In this document: one piece after another, positions 1 through 10,864 of the stretch | How the letters are laid out: each line of letters begins with the position of its first letter | Position numbering within the stretch: position 1 is the stretch's first letter | From: Podarcis filfolensis | Lineage: Eukaryota | Assembly (NCBI GenBank): GCA_964270895.1 | Contig: OZ185447.1 | Length of the DNA stretch: 64,000 nucleotides | Strand: one strand, 5' to 3' | Position numbers and translations under genes: made by a program | The notes under the pieces: model-generated | Seen by the model: only the letters and a program-made list of their open reading frames with translations | What the model was told of the DNA's origin: nothing | The model's database searches: none

Positions 1-564
1 AGAAAACCCTCCATTTCATACCTTACCATGCTTTAACACAGACTCAAGGCATTTTGCATGCAAGCACAGCAGCCCAGAATTAACTGAAAGAAGCTTCAAA
101 GGCACATTCTGCCCTGGCAGGATCAGCTGGACAGGGGGGAAATGTAGGCCACACCCAGTCCAGGGATGTCAGTATGCATCACAAATGCCCACAGAAGCAA
201 AAGGAACTTGCACAAATACTGAACACTTTGTGGGGAGCTAGTACAGCCTAGGATTTGTGTGAGTTGGTGGACAAAATGGAGAGCTGGGCATCTTGCAGTT
301 TTTAAGAACAGCATCATACTCTGGGCTGCACAACTTCAGTGTGCAGCTGTGGAAATAACTGAGTGCCTCTCTCTCTGCATAAACAAAGGTTATAGCCTCC
401 TCGATATCCAGTGTTCCTACATGAAGACAATTCCATATGGAGGAACATTCAGTCAAGTAATTCCTCCTCCTGCAGCAGTGGCACAACACATACTGAGGTT
501 TACTACTCCTTTGATAAGGCAGAGGGGGGATCACCGAATCACCTAATCCCCACCTCTAACTGTA

Positions 565-613
565 CAGCCAGTGTGGTGTAGTGGTTAGAGGATTGGACTA
601 CGACTGGGAGACC
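565..613 (+). mobile_element. tRNA-derived SINE head (squamate CORE/MIR-like family)
   Basis: CAGCCAGTGTGGTGTAGTGGTTAGAGGATTGGACTACGACTGGGAGACC has an A-box-like TGGTGTAGTGG, typical of tRNA-derived SINE 5' ends; the body does not follow directly. Confidence 0.6.
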
Positions 614-692
614 ACAGTTCTGCTGGAGCAACTGCGCATAAGAAGAGGTTACTATACGTCAGGAGCGTAAATCACCCCATGGATCACATAAC

Positions 693-822
693 CATAGAAC
701 TACAGAGTTGGAAGGGACTCAGAGGATCGTCTAGTCCAACCCCATGCATTGCAGGTACATGCAGCAGCCCCATATGGGATCGAACCTGCAACCTTGGCAT
801 TAATTATCAGCATCATGCTCTA
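693..822 (-). mobile_element. CR1-related 3' fragment / short element
   Basis: CATAGAACTACAGAGTTGGAAGGGACTCAGAGGATCGTCTAGTCCAACCCC resembles the CR1 3' ends at 9261 and 34044 in this window. Confidence 0.6.
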
Positions 823-1162
823 ATCGCTATGGTAATGGCCCAGTGCCCCAACAATATCTGTGATTAATGCATATCAGCTCAGTGGTGTCTGTCTGTAAGT
901 GGGTAAGCCAGTCAGTTGTCCAGTATTATGTCCTGAATTGCTGGACTTATTTAGAGCAACAGAGATACTTTGTACTTGCATGGATCCATATGTATTTGTA
1001 TCTGCAAAAGCCTACAAGCTGTGTATATCTACGCCCATAACTGTTTTATGGAGCCTTATTTTCTGCAACAGTAAAGCATCTGAACCTTTCTCTACTTCTG
1101 TGTGGGGACTGGTACTGGAAGCAACTTCCACTGTGTGGGTATCTCACCTGAGATTCCCAGCA

Positions 1163-1331
1163 AAATCCCCGCTTGGCCATGAAGCTCACAGGGTGACATG
1201 GGACCAGTCACAGTCTCTCAGCTTAACTTACCTCCCAGGATTGTGAAACAAAACAGGGGGGAAGAGAACCATATACTATGTCACCTTGAGCTCCTTGGAG
1301 GAAAAGGTAGGCTATAACTGCAATCAATCAA
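1163..1331 (+). mobile_element. SINE body and 3' end (CORE/MIR-like squamate SINE)
   Basis: AAATCCCCGCTTGGCCATGAAGCTCACAGGGTGACATGGGACCAGTCAC...AACTTACCTCCCAGGATTGTG...CACCTTGAGCTCCTTGGAGGAAAAGG with a (CAAT)n-like tail; matches my recollection of this family. Confidence 0.6.
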
Positions 1332-2045
1332 CTCAGAGATGGGATAGGCTATATTTTTAAAAATCGTAACACATGCTCACCCATTTTTTCCTTGAAAACC
1401 AACTAGATATGGAAACACATGCAACACACTTCTGAAATGAGCCGGGAGCCAGTTGCACTTTGCGGCTGGCAACGGGCCTTTTGCGACTGGATGGAGATGT
1501 CTGGGTGCCACCTTTGACACCTAACATCTCCACCTGCCTGGCTGCAGTCAGCTGGTCTGCTGGGTACCATGGCAGCAAAAGATGTGTGTCTTTTGCTGCC
1601 ATGCTACCCCGCAGAACACCTGATTTGCCGGCGATTTTTAAAAAAATTCTGCTGCTACACTGCTGGGCAAATCAGATGGTCTGTGAGATAGCGTGGCAGG
1701 AAACAAAATGGCACCTAAACAAGTCGCTTTGGCGTCCACAACCCAAGTCCCAGGAGCCACTTGGCACCTAGTTTTCCTATGCCAGTTTCTAACACTGGTC
1801 CAGGCTCCTACCTGACCCTCTAACTCTCCCTAGCCAAACCCCCTCTCAAGGCTATTGCTTCCTAGAGTGTTTGCTGGGCTGGAATGTGTCTGTGACCTCT
1901 GACAATGCTTTTTGATTTTCTGAATGGAGGATAGAAAAGGGTGTGTGCATGGGTAGAGAAACTAGCCTACCATATCAAGGTAGGTTAGTAGGTTGAGATT
2001 CATTATTCTGGCCACTTTTGCCTCTGGCTCCACCTACCACTAGGA

Positions 2046-2181
2046 CAGTGTTTCTCAAACTTGTGTCCTCAGCTGTTGTTGGACTACAACACGCATCACC
2101 CCTGACCACTGGTCCTGCTAACTAGGGATGATGGGAATTGTAGTCCAACAACAGCTGGGGGCACAAGTGTGAGAAACACTG
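2046..2181. mobile_element. hAT-type palindromic MITE
   Basis: TIRs CAGTGTTTCTCAAACTT / AAGTGTGAGAAACACTG; imperfect 8-bp TSD CACTAGGA (2038-2045) / CACTAGAG (2182-2189); core shared with 4383 and 60565. Confidence 0.85.
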
Positions 2182-2495
2182 CACTAGAGTATCGCCCCCG
2201 CAAAGGCTGCCCAGAAAGGAATGTGGTGCTTGGGCTGAAAAAAGTTCCCTAAGACCTCACTTCTCTATCGTCACTGGGTAGTAGTTGTGCAAGGGGTGCT
2301 AGAGATCTCTAGCAGACAATTCTCAGCATCCTGATAATGCTACAATTCCTGGATTCTCTGGGGGAATCTTTAATAACAGTTTGTAGATAATCTCCAAGTC
2401 AAAAATTAGTTTAACATACTTAGGATCTGGTGTTTAAATCCCCAAGCTGGTTTCCACTGGTTGTTCAAACTGAGGAAGTTGGAACGGTGCTGGTA

Positions 2496-2736
2496 CAGTG
2501 GTACCTCTAGTTGCGAACTTAATTCGTTCTGGAGGTCCGTTCTTAACCTGAAACTGTTCTTAACTAGAAGCGTGCTTTCGCTAATGGGGCCTCTTGCTGC
2601 CGCAGTGCCGCCGGCACACGATTTCCATTCTCATCCTGGGGCAAAGTTCTCAAATCAAGGTAACTCTTCCAGGTTAGCGGAGTTTGTTACCTGAAGCATT
2701 TATAACCTGAGGCGTTTGTAACTCTAGGTACCACTG
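2496..2736 (+). mobile_element. Tc1/mariner (pogo/Tigger-like) MITE
   Basis: TIRs CAGTGGTACC / GGTACCACTG flanked by TA; homologous to copies at 10865, 37714 and 58020. Confidence 0.9.
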
Positions 2737-3539
2737 TATATTTAAAATAAGCCTTCTCTCTCCATCTCATATTTGAGTCACAAATTATATTCAGATTCTT
2801 ATTTATTATGTCAGCAAAATTATTTGTCCTGCCAGAAGATCATGCTCCAAAAGAGCAATAATCAGGATTAGATGACAAGCTTAGAGGTTTTTAAAAGCAC
2901 AAATTCACTAACTATGGAGATCTGAAAAAGCAATTAGATTTTGCAATTCATGCAGGCTTTCTAGACAATGTACCCCAGCTTGTCCCACCTATAAATAAAT
3001 AACTTTTCCCACACAGTTTCCAAAGGCTTCTAGACACTTCTGCAATCTTTAATAACAGCAATAGAAACAGTAATTAATTGAATTGCAAAGTTCATCTTTC
3101 TACACGATAAAAGACAAAGTTGTGCTACCAAGCATATTAAACATTTACTCCACAGTCAAGGGTCAAGGAACAATTATGCAGTGACTCTGACTAACCCACT
3201 CCATCCCCCGCCTTCCCATACTGGCTCAGATCCCAGCAAAAGCATGCTTCTCTAGTTCTGACCTCCAAATGTCTCAACTGTACTATAACTTAAAGCTTAT
3301 TGACTATTTGGAGGCCACACAAAGACTGATCTCAACTATAAAGCCTCTCCTAAACCACAGGCCACTTAAAAATTACAGAAGCATGCAACCAGCCAGATAT
3401 ATCTGCTTTTCTCCCTCCAATTCTAGGCATAAATCAAAAATTATAATTCAGAAACAACTGAAATGTTTAAATGATTTTTTCAAATTATTTCAAACTTTCA
3501 AATATGAAAGTTTGGTTGTGTCTAGACTAACCTTGTGAA

Positions 3540-3904
3540 GAATACAGAGAACATAAAGATTTGATTGATTATGAAAGAATCCAAGGAAGAGAAATGACCG
3601 AAGAACAGATATAAATGTGAGGAAGATAACTAAGAGATGTGCGGTGAATGCAGTGGAAGTCTATTAAAATATTGTAACTAAGATTTACATACTGCAGTGT
3701 TTGCAGCAAGAATTTGGTATATATTTCTGGTTATGAAAAGTTTTTTTTTTCTTTTGTCTGTTTTCTTATATATCTTCTAATTTTTCTTTTTTCTTATTAG
3801 TTTTCATTTTGGAAATATGTATATAAGGGTGTTTACAGTGCTATGTATCATTTTTTGTTGTTGTCTTTTTATTGGAAAAATCAATAAAAATGTGATTAAA
3901 AAAA
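3540..3904 (+). mobile_element. Probable L1/Tx1-like LINE 3' UTR remnant
   Basis: Purine-rich then T-rich tract ending in AATAAA and a short A tail; no diagnostic protein motif. Confidence 0.35.
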
Positions 3905-4382
3905 GTTGCCACATAACTTAATATTTCCTTCTTCCTCTCTCTCACACACAGTGCCTCATTTCTCAGTATCTAAAGCAGGTGTGAGAACTGTAATCTATTG
4001 GTGGACTACAGGTCAGTTTTTGATAACCTATAGCTTGCAGTTTGCTGGGATTTTTGCAAGGGATGTTGAGCTACGTAGATCTAGATCTGATCTAATAACC
4101 TGCTTATGTTTTTAAGAAAGAGTGCATCCTTAGCATCACATTAGATAGATTACTTACTGCCTTAACTGTTAAAAGATCTGGAGAATGCACTTAACACATC
4201 ATTGGAATACAGAGAGGCTAGGAAGATGAAAAGGTAGACCACACAAAACTACATTCCATCTACCACTTATCTAGCTGCACATGAACACCTTCATTCCAGA
4301 GGCAGATTAACAGTTCTCGAACCATGGATTCCAAGAACATTTTTTTTTGGGGGGGTGCATTTCCCAGAACACATGTCTAGAC

Positions 4383-4520
4383 CAGGCATAGGCAAACTTG
4401 GCCCTCCAGATGTTTTTTCAGACTACAACTCCCATCATCCCTGACCGCTGGTCCTGTTAGCTAGGGATGATGGGGGTTGTAGTCCCAAAACATCTGGAGG
4501 GCTGAGTTTGCCTATACCTG
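4383..4520. mobile_element. hAT (Charlie-like) palindromic MITE
   Basis: TIRs CAGGCATAGGCAAACT / AGTTTGCCTATACCTG; perfect 8-bp TSD GTCTAGAC at 4375-4382 and 4521-4528, fitting the NTCTAGAN target preference. Confidence 0.95.
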
Positions 4521-4876
4521 GTCTAGACACACTGCTTGCCTAAGAAATTATGTATCAGTACTGTAAAAATGAAAGACTTTGTTATTTGATAGCACTAAAA
4601 AAAGCACCACCCAACCACAACCCCATTTTTACCAGCTACCAAAAGAAATCTAACATCCCATTCCCCATCCCCACCATATGTCATTAAATAAAGGAAGCCT
4701 GAGTGGTTTTTTTTTAGTTTTTAGGATACAAACAACAGTGCCTACTATACCACCATCCTTGCCTCACTACTCCAGGCATAAACCTCTTCACCAATCCTCA
4801 CTTTTCAAGACACATTCCTTCCCACCCATCTTTTTACCAAAGGGGTTTCCATCTTTCGCTGCACAATTTGCCTTAC

Positions 4877-5256
4877 CAAAGAGGCTTAAACAGGTTGACG
4901 AACTCCAAGCTGAGTCCCCACTCACAGGTCTCCATGTTGTTTGGGGCTCAGTATGGAGCAGCTGCAGCTGACTGCACTACCTCTGTGATCACCACAGATC
5001 GAGCTTCTTCTTCTAGCTGCCACACACCTCAAGCAGGCATAGGAAGTAGAACAGATCTTGTTCCTCCCTCTTATGGGACCTAGCCTGAGTTATATCACCA
5101 GTGAAGATGGCAATCTGGACTCAGGCTGCAAGCTTCCAATTCTGCACTTCTACACACTGGGATAGAGAAGAATTGGATGCTTTGCACAACACCTCTCTTT
5201 CCAATTTTGTGTCAAGGCTTGGGCCCTGTCAAACATGCTACTCCTTCATGAAAAGC
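4877..5256 (-). other. Candidate internal exon of the minus-strand transcript (non-coding or 5' UTR)
   Basis: Strong minus-strand acceptor TTTACTATTTCTCATTTCCAG|G (exon starts 5256); two donors CCT|GTGAGT (ends 4926) and TTG|GTAAGG (ends 4877); early stops in all three entry phases. Confidence 0.45.
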
Positions 5257-5700
5257 CTGGAAATGAGAAATAGTAAACCTCGGCAAATTAATGGCTTACT
5301 TGGACTTCATAATTCCACTTTTTGAAGGGTTGACTACCAGGTTTTATTTACAGGTTCTGATTAATCCTGTTTTATTTTTCATTACATTTGTCGTATGGAG
5401 GGGGAACAAAATTTACGCTGTGATGACTTATAACTTCTCTTTTATTTCATATTGTGATAACATACAGTATAAAGCAATACATTTCAATGGATGGAAAAGG
5501 CATGGGGAGGGAAGGCAAAATGCCCCTTACACTTTTTTTAAGCAAATTATACAGAATATACAAGAATTGTTCAATGACATCAATACTGCACTTAAATACT
5601 ACAATGATATAAATACTAGAATAATCTCAAATGTTGCAACACACATTCCATGTACCAACAAGTAAATAGAAGTCTAGCCAATATCACTACTTTACATTCA

Positions 5701-5728
5701 CTCTCTCTCTCTCTCTATATATATATAT
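5701..5728. repeat. Compound (CT)n(AT)n microsatellite
   Basis: CTCTCTCTCTCTCTCTATATATATATAT read directly. Confidence 0.9.
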
Positions 5729-5939
5729 TTTCCTGGAATCATGTTTACACCATTGGCATTGTTTAATTTCTTTTTAAAGTCGTCACCCTTCTACAGTAAA
5801 TTTACTTTAAAAAAAACACTACATGAATCAAGTGTTGTTCTTCTCTTTTAATTGATCTGATAAATTCGTGCTGGGCATGCCCAAGAAGGGCTCCTGATTC
5901 ATAAGGGCTCGATCAAACCTCCATGTTCAGGCGCAGTAT

Positions 5940-6900
5940 ACCCGGAGTACTAGGAGCATGAGAAAGAGTCCGTCACCTTCCCGCCTTGCCTGCGGTTTTT
6001 TTAGGAGACATCTGGACGGCCGCCGCTACAAGCTGGATCCTGGACTCGATGAGCCCTTCACCTGATCCAGGTGGGCTCCTTCTCCTCCTCCAGGTCGGCT
6101 CCTTCTTCTTTCTTCTTCTTCCTCGTCCTCCTCCGCTGCTCAACCCTCACCGCCACCCACTCTCACCGGGGCACAAAGGCAGCCCCCAACACAGACCGAC
6201 ACGCAGACACGGACGACCTACCCCCCCCCGCCATCTCTCCCCTCCCCACAGGCCCACCACGGGGCCCCCACTCACCTACTCATCCCAGCCACGTGCTGCT
6301 CGTCTCCCAGCTCCGTCCAGGAACAACGGGCGCCCTCGGGAAGGCCCAGCGCGAACCCAAAACAACGGCGCCTTTCAGGAAGCCCATTTGCCGCCTTCTC
6401 GGGCCTTTTTAATTTTTTTTAAAAAAGAAAGAAACGGATCGCGGCGGCTTTTGAAACCGAGGCACCAGAAGGAAACCCTCTCAGGACCGAGGACTCAGAG
6501 GACGGGACTCCCGTCGTCCCGTCACTCCATCCGCCCCGGAAGTTGCTACAGCAGTACTTCCTGTACAATACGATGGCGGGGTGGGCGGGGGAGGGAGATC
6601 TCGCGCGGGTCTGTCTTATCCCGCCCGCGCGCCCGCAGGTCTGTGATGCAATCGGCTGTGCCTCGTGCCGAAAAAGGGGCGGGGCTTTAACACGCCACCC
6701 TCTGAGGTGGGGTTTTGTGAGGGGTTTTTTTGAAAGCGCCCAACGGTTTATCTGGCTCGAGCCTCGCTCGCCGTTCTTTTCTCGCTGTCAGCGTAGTTCG
6801 CGCTCAGTTAGGCAGGCAAAGGCAGCCAGGCGTAGTCGAGGCCTAAGGCCCAGCACTTGGTGGTTTCTCCTCAGCCTTGCACGGCTCATAGTTCTCACTT
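5940..6900. promoter_or_regulatory. CpG island promoter, housekeeping type, possibly bidirectional
   Basis: High GC/CpG. ETS sites CCGGAAGT (6536-6543) and ACTTCCTG (6556-6563), YY1-like GATGGCGG (about 6572), GC boxes (about 6583 and 6676), TCTCGCG half-site (about 6600). Confidence 0.85.
6276..6540 (-). other. Probable first exon of an unidentified minus-strand gene or lncRNA
   Basis: Consensus minus-strand donor TAG|GTGAGT (intron starts 6275) just downstream of the promoter motif cluster, followed by a G-rich intron start. The 5' end is approximate. Confidence 0.6.
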
Positions 6901-7346
6901 AGCCCTCCCTCTCTCGAAATGCTTTCTCCTCAGCACTTCTTCCATATTTTTATGCAGGCTCTAGAACACTTTTATGCCCCCCTATTTCACTTGGAGGGGA
7001 ACCATAACTCCTCGCCAGCACACACTCCTCAGTTGAAGGCAGCTTCTGTATTACATTTTCATTCTGCCTTCGCCTTCTCCAGAGCTTGGGATGGTCTATG
7101 CAGCCTCACCTTTTTATTCCCAAAGCAATCCTGTGAGGTAGGGTCAGACTTGGACTTTAGGTTTTTTAAAAAATCTCCAGAACTGGACATTGCACCCACC
7201 AGACTGCTTTTGACTTTGCTTTTTTATACCCGCACCACTTTCTCCTCTGGTAAATAGGTTTTGCTGAGGTGGGGATTTTTGGAACTCACTGGACCATCAC
7301 GCGTGTGTGGACAAAATGTGTATAGAATCAGGGAACCAACCAACAA

Positions 7347-7820
7347 GGCCTGCCCAAGGCATTTTGGCACCTGAGGCCAAATAACAAAATGGTGCCCCCA
7401 ACCTGCCAGGGAGGAAGGGGTGAGTGAAGACCTACATCAGAAACAAAGGGGCAGGGAATGCAGATCTACACTGATAACAAGGCAGGAGTGAAGATCCACA
7501 GCGGAAACGGGCAGGGGATGTCAAATCAACCTTACCTGATGGTTGAAGTGGGTGGGTGCAGAGCTCAGGAGACCCCAGAGGGCAGCCATCGCTATTTCCT
7601 CCCTAGGGGTGGGAGGAGATCAGCAGTGCCTCCTATTCCTCAAGAGGCTGCTGCAGAGGCAGCATGGGGAGGGGGGCTGCCAAGGAGGTTGCCGATCCAG
7701 ACTCCAAAGAGTGTGCTGCATTCACTGCTGTCACTTGTGGCTGGAGGCGATGCATTCCTTGGAGGCTGGATACTGCTGCCTGAGGTGGTCAGCTCACCTG
7801 GCCTAATGGGTGGGCTGGCC
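7347..7820. mobile_element. Possible PIF/Harbinger-like non-autonomous element
   Basis: Imperfect TIRs GGCCTGCCC / GGGCTGGCC, with TGxxxCCTGAGG sub-terminal motifs near both ends; no TSD confirmed. Confidence 0.45.
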
Positions 7821-8255
7821 ACGGGAACCAATGCCTCTGTTAAAACACTTTTCACCTCTCAAAAGCTCATCTTCCTAGCCTCATGAAATACTAGGGCTCA
7901 TATTCCAAAACACTCATTTAGGTTCATGGAACTCTTACTGTGAAGTTCACTTCTACACAGCTTCAAATTCACATTGCACTTGTTGAGGCACCCTTTTTCC
8001 TTACACCTGCTTACCCATTTGCCACTCTTTGACCTCGCTACAGTATATTCCTTTGCAGTGACACTCAGACTCACCATTCATGCTGCTTCAATTTCAGCTC
8101 ATACAGTTGGGGGTCATGCTCATTTGTATGAAATATGTTTGCTCCTATGCTGAGATTATCTTCACTTCCCTCACTAGAGAACATCTGTTTATATTCTGGC
8201 ACACTACAAAGAGCCTCATCTCTCTCACCCTGTAAGACACAGCCTTACAGAGCTA

Positions 8256-8569
8256 AGGTAAAGGTACCCCTGACCATTAGGTCCAGTCATTGACCGACTC
8301 TGGGGTTGCGGCGCTCATCTCGCTCTATGGGCTGAGGGAGCTGGCGTTTGTCCGCAGACAGCTTCCGGGTTATGTGGCCAGCATGACTAAGCTGCTTCTG
8401 GTGAACCAGAGCAGCACACGGAAACGCCGTTTACCTTCCCGCCGGAGCGGTTCCTATTGATCTACTTGCACTTTGATGTGCTTTCAAACTGCAAGGTTGG
8501 CAGGAGCAGAGACCAAGCCACGGGAGCTCACCCCGTCGCGGGGATTCGAACTGCCGACCTTCTGATCAG
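8256..8569 (-). mobile_element. Sauria SINE, near full length
   Basis: Reverse-complement (ACCTTT)n tail AAGGTAAAGGT, typical body, and a 12-bp TSD CTTACAGAGCTA at 8244-8255 and 8570-8581. Confidence 0.95.
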
Positions 8570-9260
8570 CTTACAGAGCTAGTTGTCGCTATATTTTATT
8601 TTTCTATTTAAAGTAATTTATATCCTCTCTGCCCTCAAGAGATCAGAGTGGCACACATTAAAATCAGTAAAAACAATATGAACACAACAACAAAACTCAC
8701 AGCAGCCCAGATATCTAGGATGGCTCAAAAACCTGATAAAAAAGAAAATAAAAGTTTTGACTGCCGTAATTGCAAGTAGTGAAGGAATCATAGAGAACTC
8801 CTTCTGTTAAATACTTGCTGTCTCCACACCAATCACCTCACACTCCTATGGCTTTCATAATTTATTTACACTCTTCCTTTACAGAAAGTGAGCTCACTCT
8901 TAAACTGTGTGATGAAAAGATGTTTCAGCTAAGGCTGGTAAGTCAAAGTTATTCTCATGTGCAACATTTGTGTACCCTTCTACGGTTCACAGTTTTCTGC
9001 ACTTGAGCCAACAACCTTCAGATAACTGATATTCCAATGCTCTGCAGATAAGGCTGTTGTTTCAGTTATTTTAACCTTTTCCCAAGTGCCTTTGGCCCAT
9101 ATATGAAACTGGGAGTGAGGTTAGGACGTAGTTCACCGGAAGTCCTATGTAAACTGTTGGGAAGTATCTCTACTTATTAGTTTGTCACAACACATTGTTC
9201 TAGGTTATGTAACAAAGCAGATGCTTAACAGACCTAAGTTATTTCCTTAATAAAGAAACT

Positions 9261-9366
9261 TAGAATCATAGAATCATAGAGTTGGAAGAGACCACAAGGG
9301 CCATCGAGTCCAACCCCCTGCCAAGCAGGAAACACCATCAGAGCACTCCTGACATATGGTTGTCAA
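9261..9366 (-). mobile_element. CR1 LINE 3' terminal fragment
   Basis: (TAGAATCA)n tail; 106 nt matching 34044-34149 with one mismatch. Confidence 0.95.
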
Positions 9367-9479
9367 TTGTTTGACCTTTTTAGCAGTCTCTTTTTCTACA
9401 GAATCCCATCTTATAGCTATATTGCCATAGAATTGGAGGGAATGCCAAAACCCCATTTAGTCTAATCTCAAACTCACTA

Positions 9480-9644
9480 AAGGTAAAGGTACCCCTAACC
9501 ATTAGGTCCAGTCACGGATGAGTCTGGGGTTGTGCGCTCATCTCGTTCTATTGGCCGAGGGAGCCGGCGTTTGTCCACAGACAGCTTCCGGGTCATGTGG
9601 CCAGCATAACTAAGCCATTTCTGGCAAACCAGAGCAGCGCACAG
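9480..9644 (-). mobile_element. Sauria SINE, 5'-truncated
   Basis: Same tail and body as 8256; 10-bp TSD AAACTCACTA at 9470-9479 and 9645-9654. Confidence 0.93.
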
Positions 9645-10058
9645 AAACTCACTACTGTACAGAAAATTCAGCAAGCGTCACAAGTTAGGATAATGATTTC
9701 AGACCTGTGTGTACTACTCTTTTTATTTGAAAGACTGTAATGTTACACTTACAAATTAAGAGTACATAGTCAACATCTTATTCATAAAATTTATTAATCC
9801 CTTTTTCAAAAAAAACTCTTCAAGCAGTGCACAAATAAAATTGTAGATAGAGCACAATTAAAACCAACAATCCAACTAAAAAGAAATATACATAAAACAA
9901 TCACTTTAAAATAAATATAAAATCAATAAGTATTTTAAAACCCAGTGTCATAGCTTGCACTGGACAAAGTACTTGGACAAAGATTTTGTTTTTTAATTAA
10001 AAAAAAACATTGTTCAAATCAGTATGGTACATAAGCAAAGCATGGGTCACCAGCACAG

Positions 10059-10134
10059 CAGGTGCACGGCAAGGTTAGCAAGCTGAAACGTTGATCCAAC
10101 AGCTGACATGCCCCCTGGGCTCCTATTATAAAAG
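10059..10134 (+). promoter_or_regulatory. Candidate TATA-box promoter with E-boxes
   Basis: TATAAAAG at 10127-10134, preceded by CAGGTG (10059-10064) and CAGCTG (10100-10105); motif evidence only. Confidence 0.3.
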
Positions 10135-10864
10135 CATAGGGCAAGCACAGCTTCTGCCTAGTGAGTGGAATGTGCCTTTAGATTGAGCAAGCAAGCAAGC
10201 AGGCACTCTTTCTGGTGGGCTGAACATGAGCTGTCTGTTCACACTGGTGCTGGAATCTTTGTGTCCTATGTGACAGGATCCTGACAGTACTGCCTCAGAT
10301 CCAGAATGGGAATCAAATGCTGCCTTGGTGGGCAGAGAGGCAGAGGCTGTGGGAGGCAAAGGGTCCAGTGGTACAGGAGGCATGGCAGGCAGGGGCTGCC
10401 TTGGAGTCAAAAGTGTGTGTGTGACTGAAATGGGGCATTGGGATGACAACCCACTGGGACCCCAGGATCAGATTCCTCGTCTGCATTTTAGCTCCCAGAG
10501 CTCTTAGATTATTGTTGCAGCCCCATGCAGCTTTCCCAATCCAGCATCATCAATAGGCTTCTCCTACCCCTTGCCCTGATCTAAGCAGCCCCTCCAAGGT
10601 GTCTCCCCGGGACTGATTACATCAAATCTAGGTACATAAATTATATGTCTGAGTAAGTTTGATGAAACTATTTTGCCACATTACCATTGAAAAACTAATC
10701 TGTCCACTAAGTATTTACTTTTAACAGGCAAGGCTTACTATTTCAAGTTATCCCCAGAACACTTCCACATAAGTTGTTAAATTCAACATCAGATGACGAT
10801 AAGGATCCACGTAGTGCATCATTATTTGCAAGTATCTCAGCAACCAGCAATTTGCAAGTCAGTA

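Noticed and set aside
27-83. Minus-strand 57-nt AG/GT segment ending ...GCATG|GTAAGG, a possible ATG-bearing exon of the divergent gene
   Set aside because: It is at the window edge with no downstream exon to test, and such site pairs arise by chance.
565-613. tRNA-like sequence (also 25278-25340)
   Set aside because: Only decayed A/B boxes of SINE heads; no cloverleaf.
6126-6160. TCCTCCTCCGCTG and TCACCGCCACCCAC resemble my recollection of the human MAPT 5' UTR, suggesting island 1 as exon 0
   Set aside because: Low-complexity C-rich words, in the opposite order to human, with no convincing plus-strand donor following; the comparison is from memory. CAGE or long reads would settle it.
5986-6690. 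Long plus-strand ORFs (234 aa and 113 aa) in island 1
   Set aside because: Low-complexity Pro/Arg-rich products typical of stop-poor GC-rich DNA; no splice or motif support.
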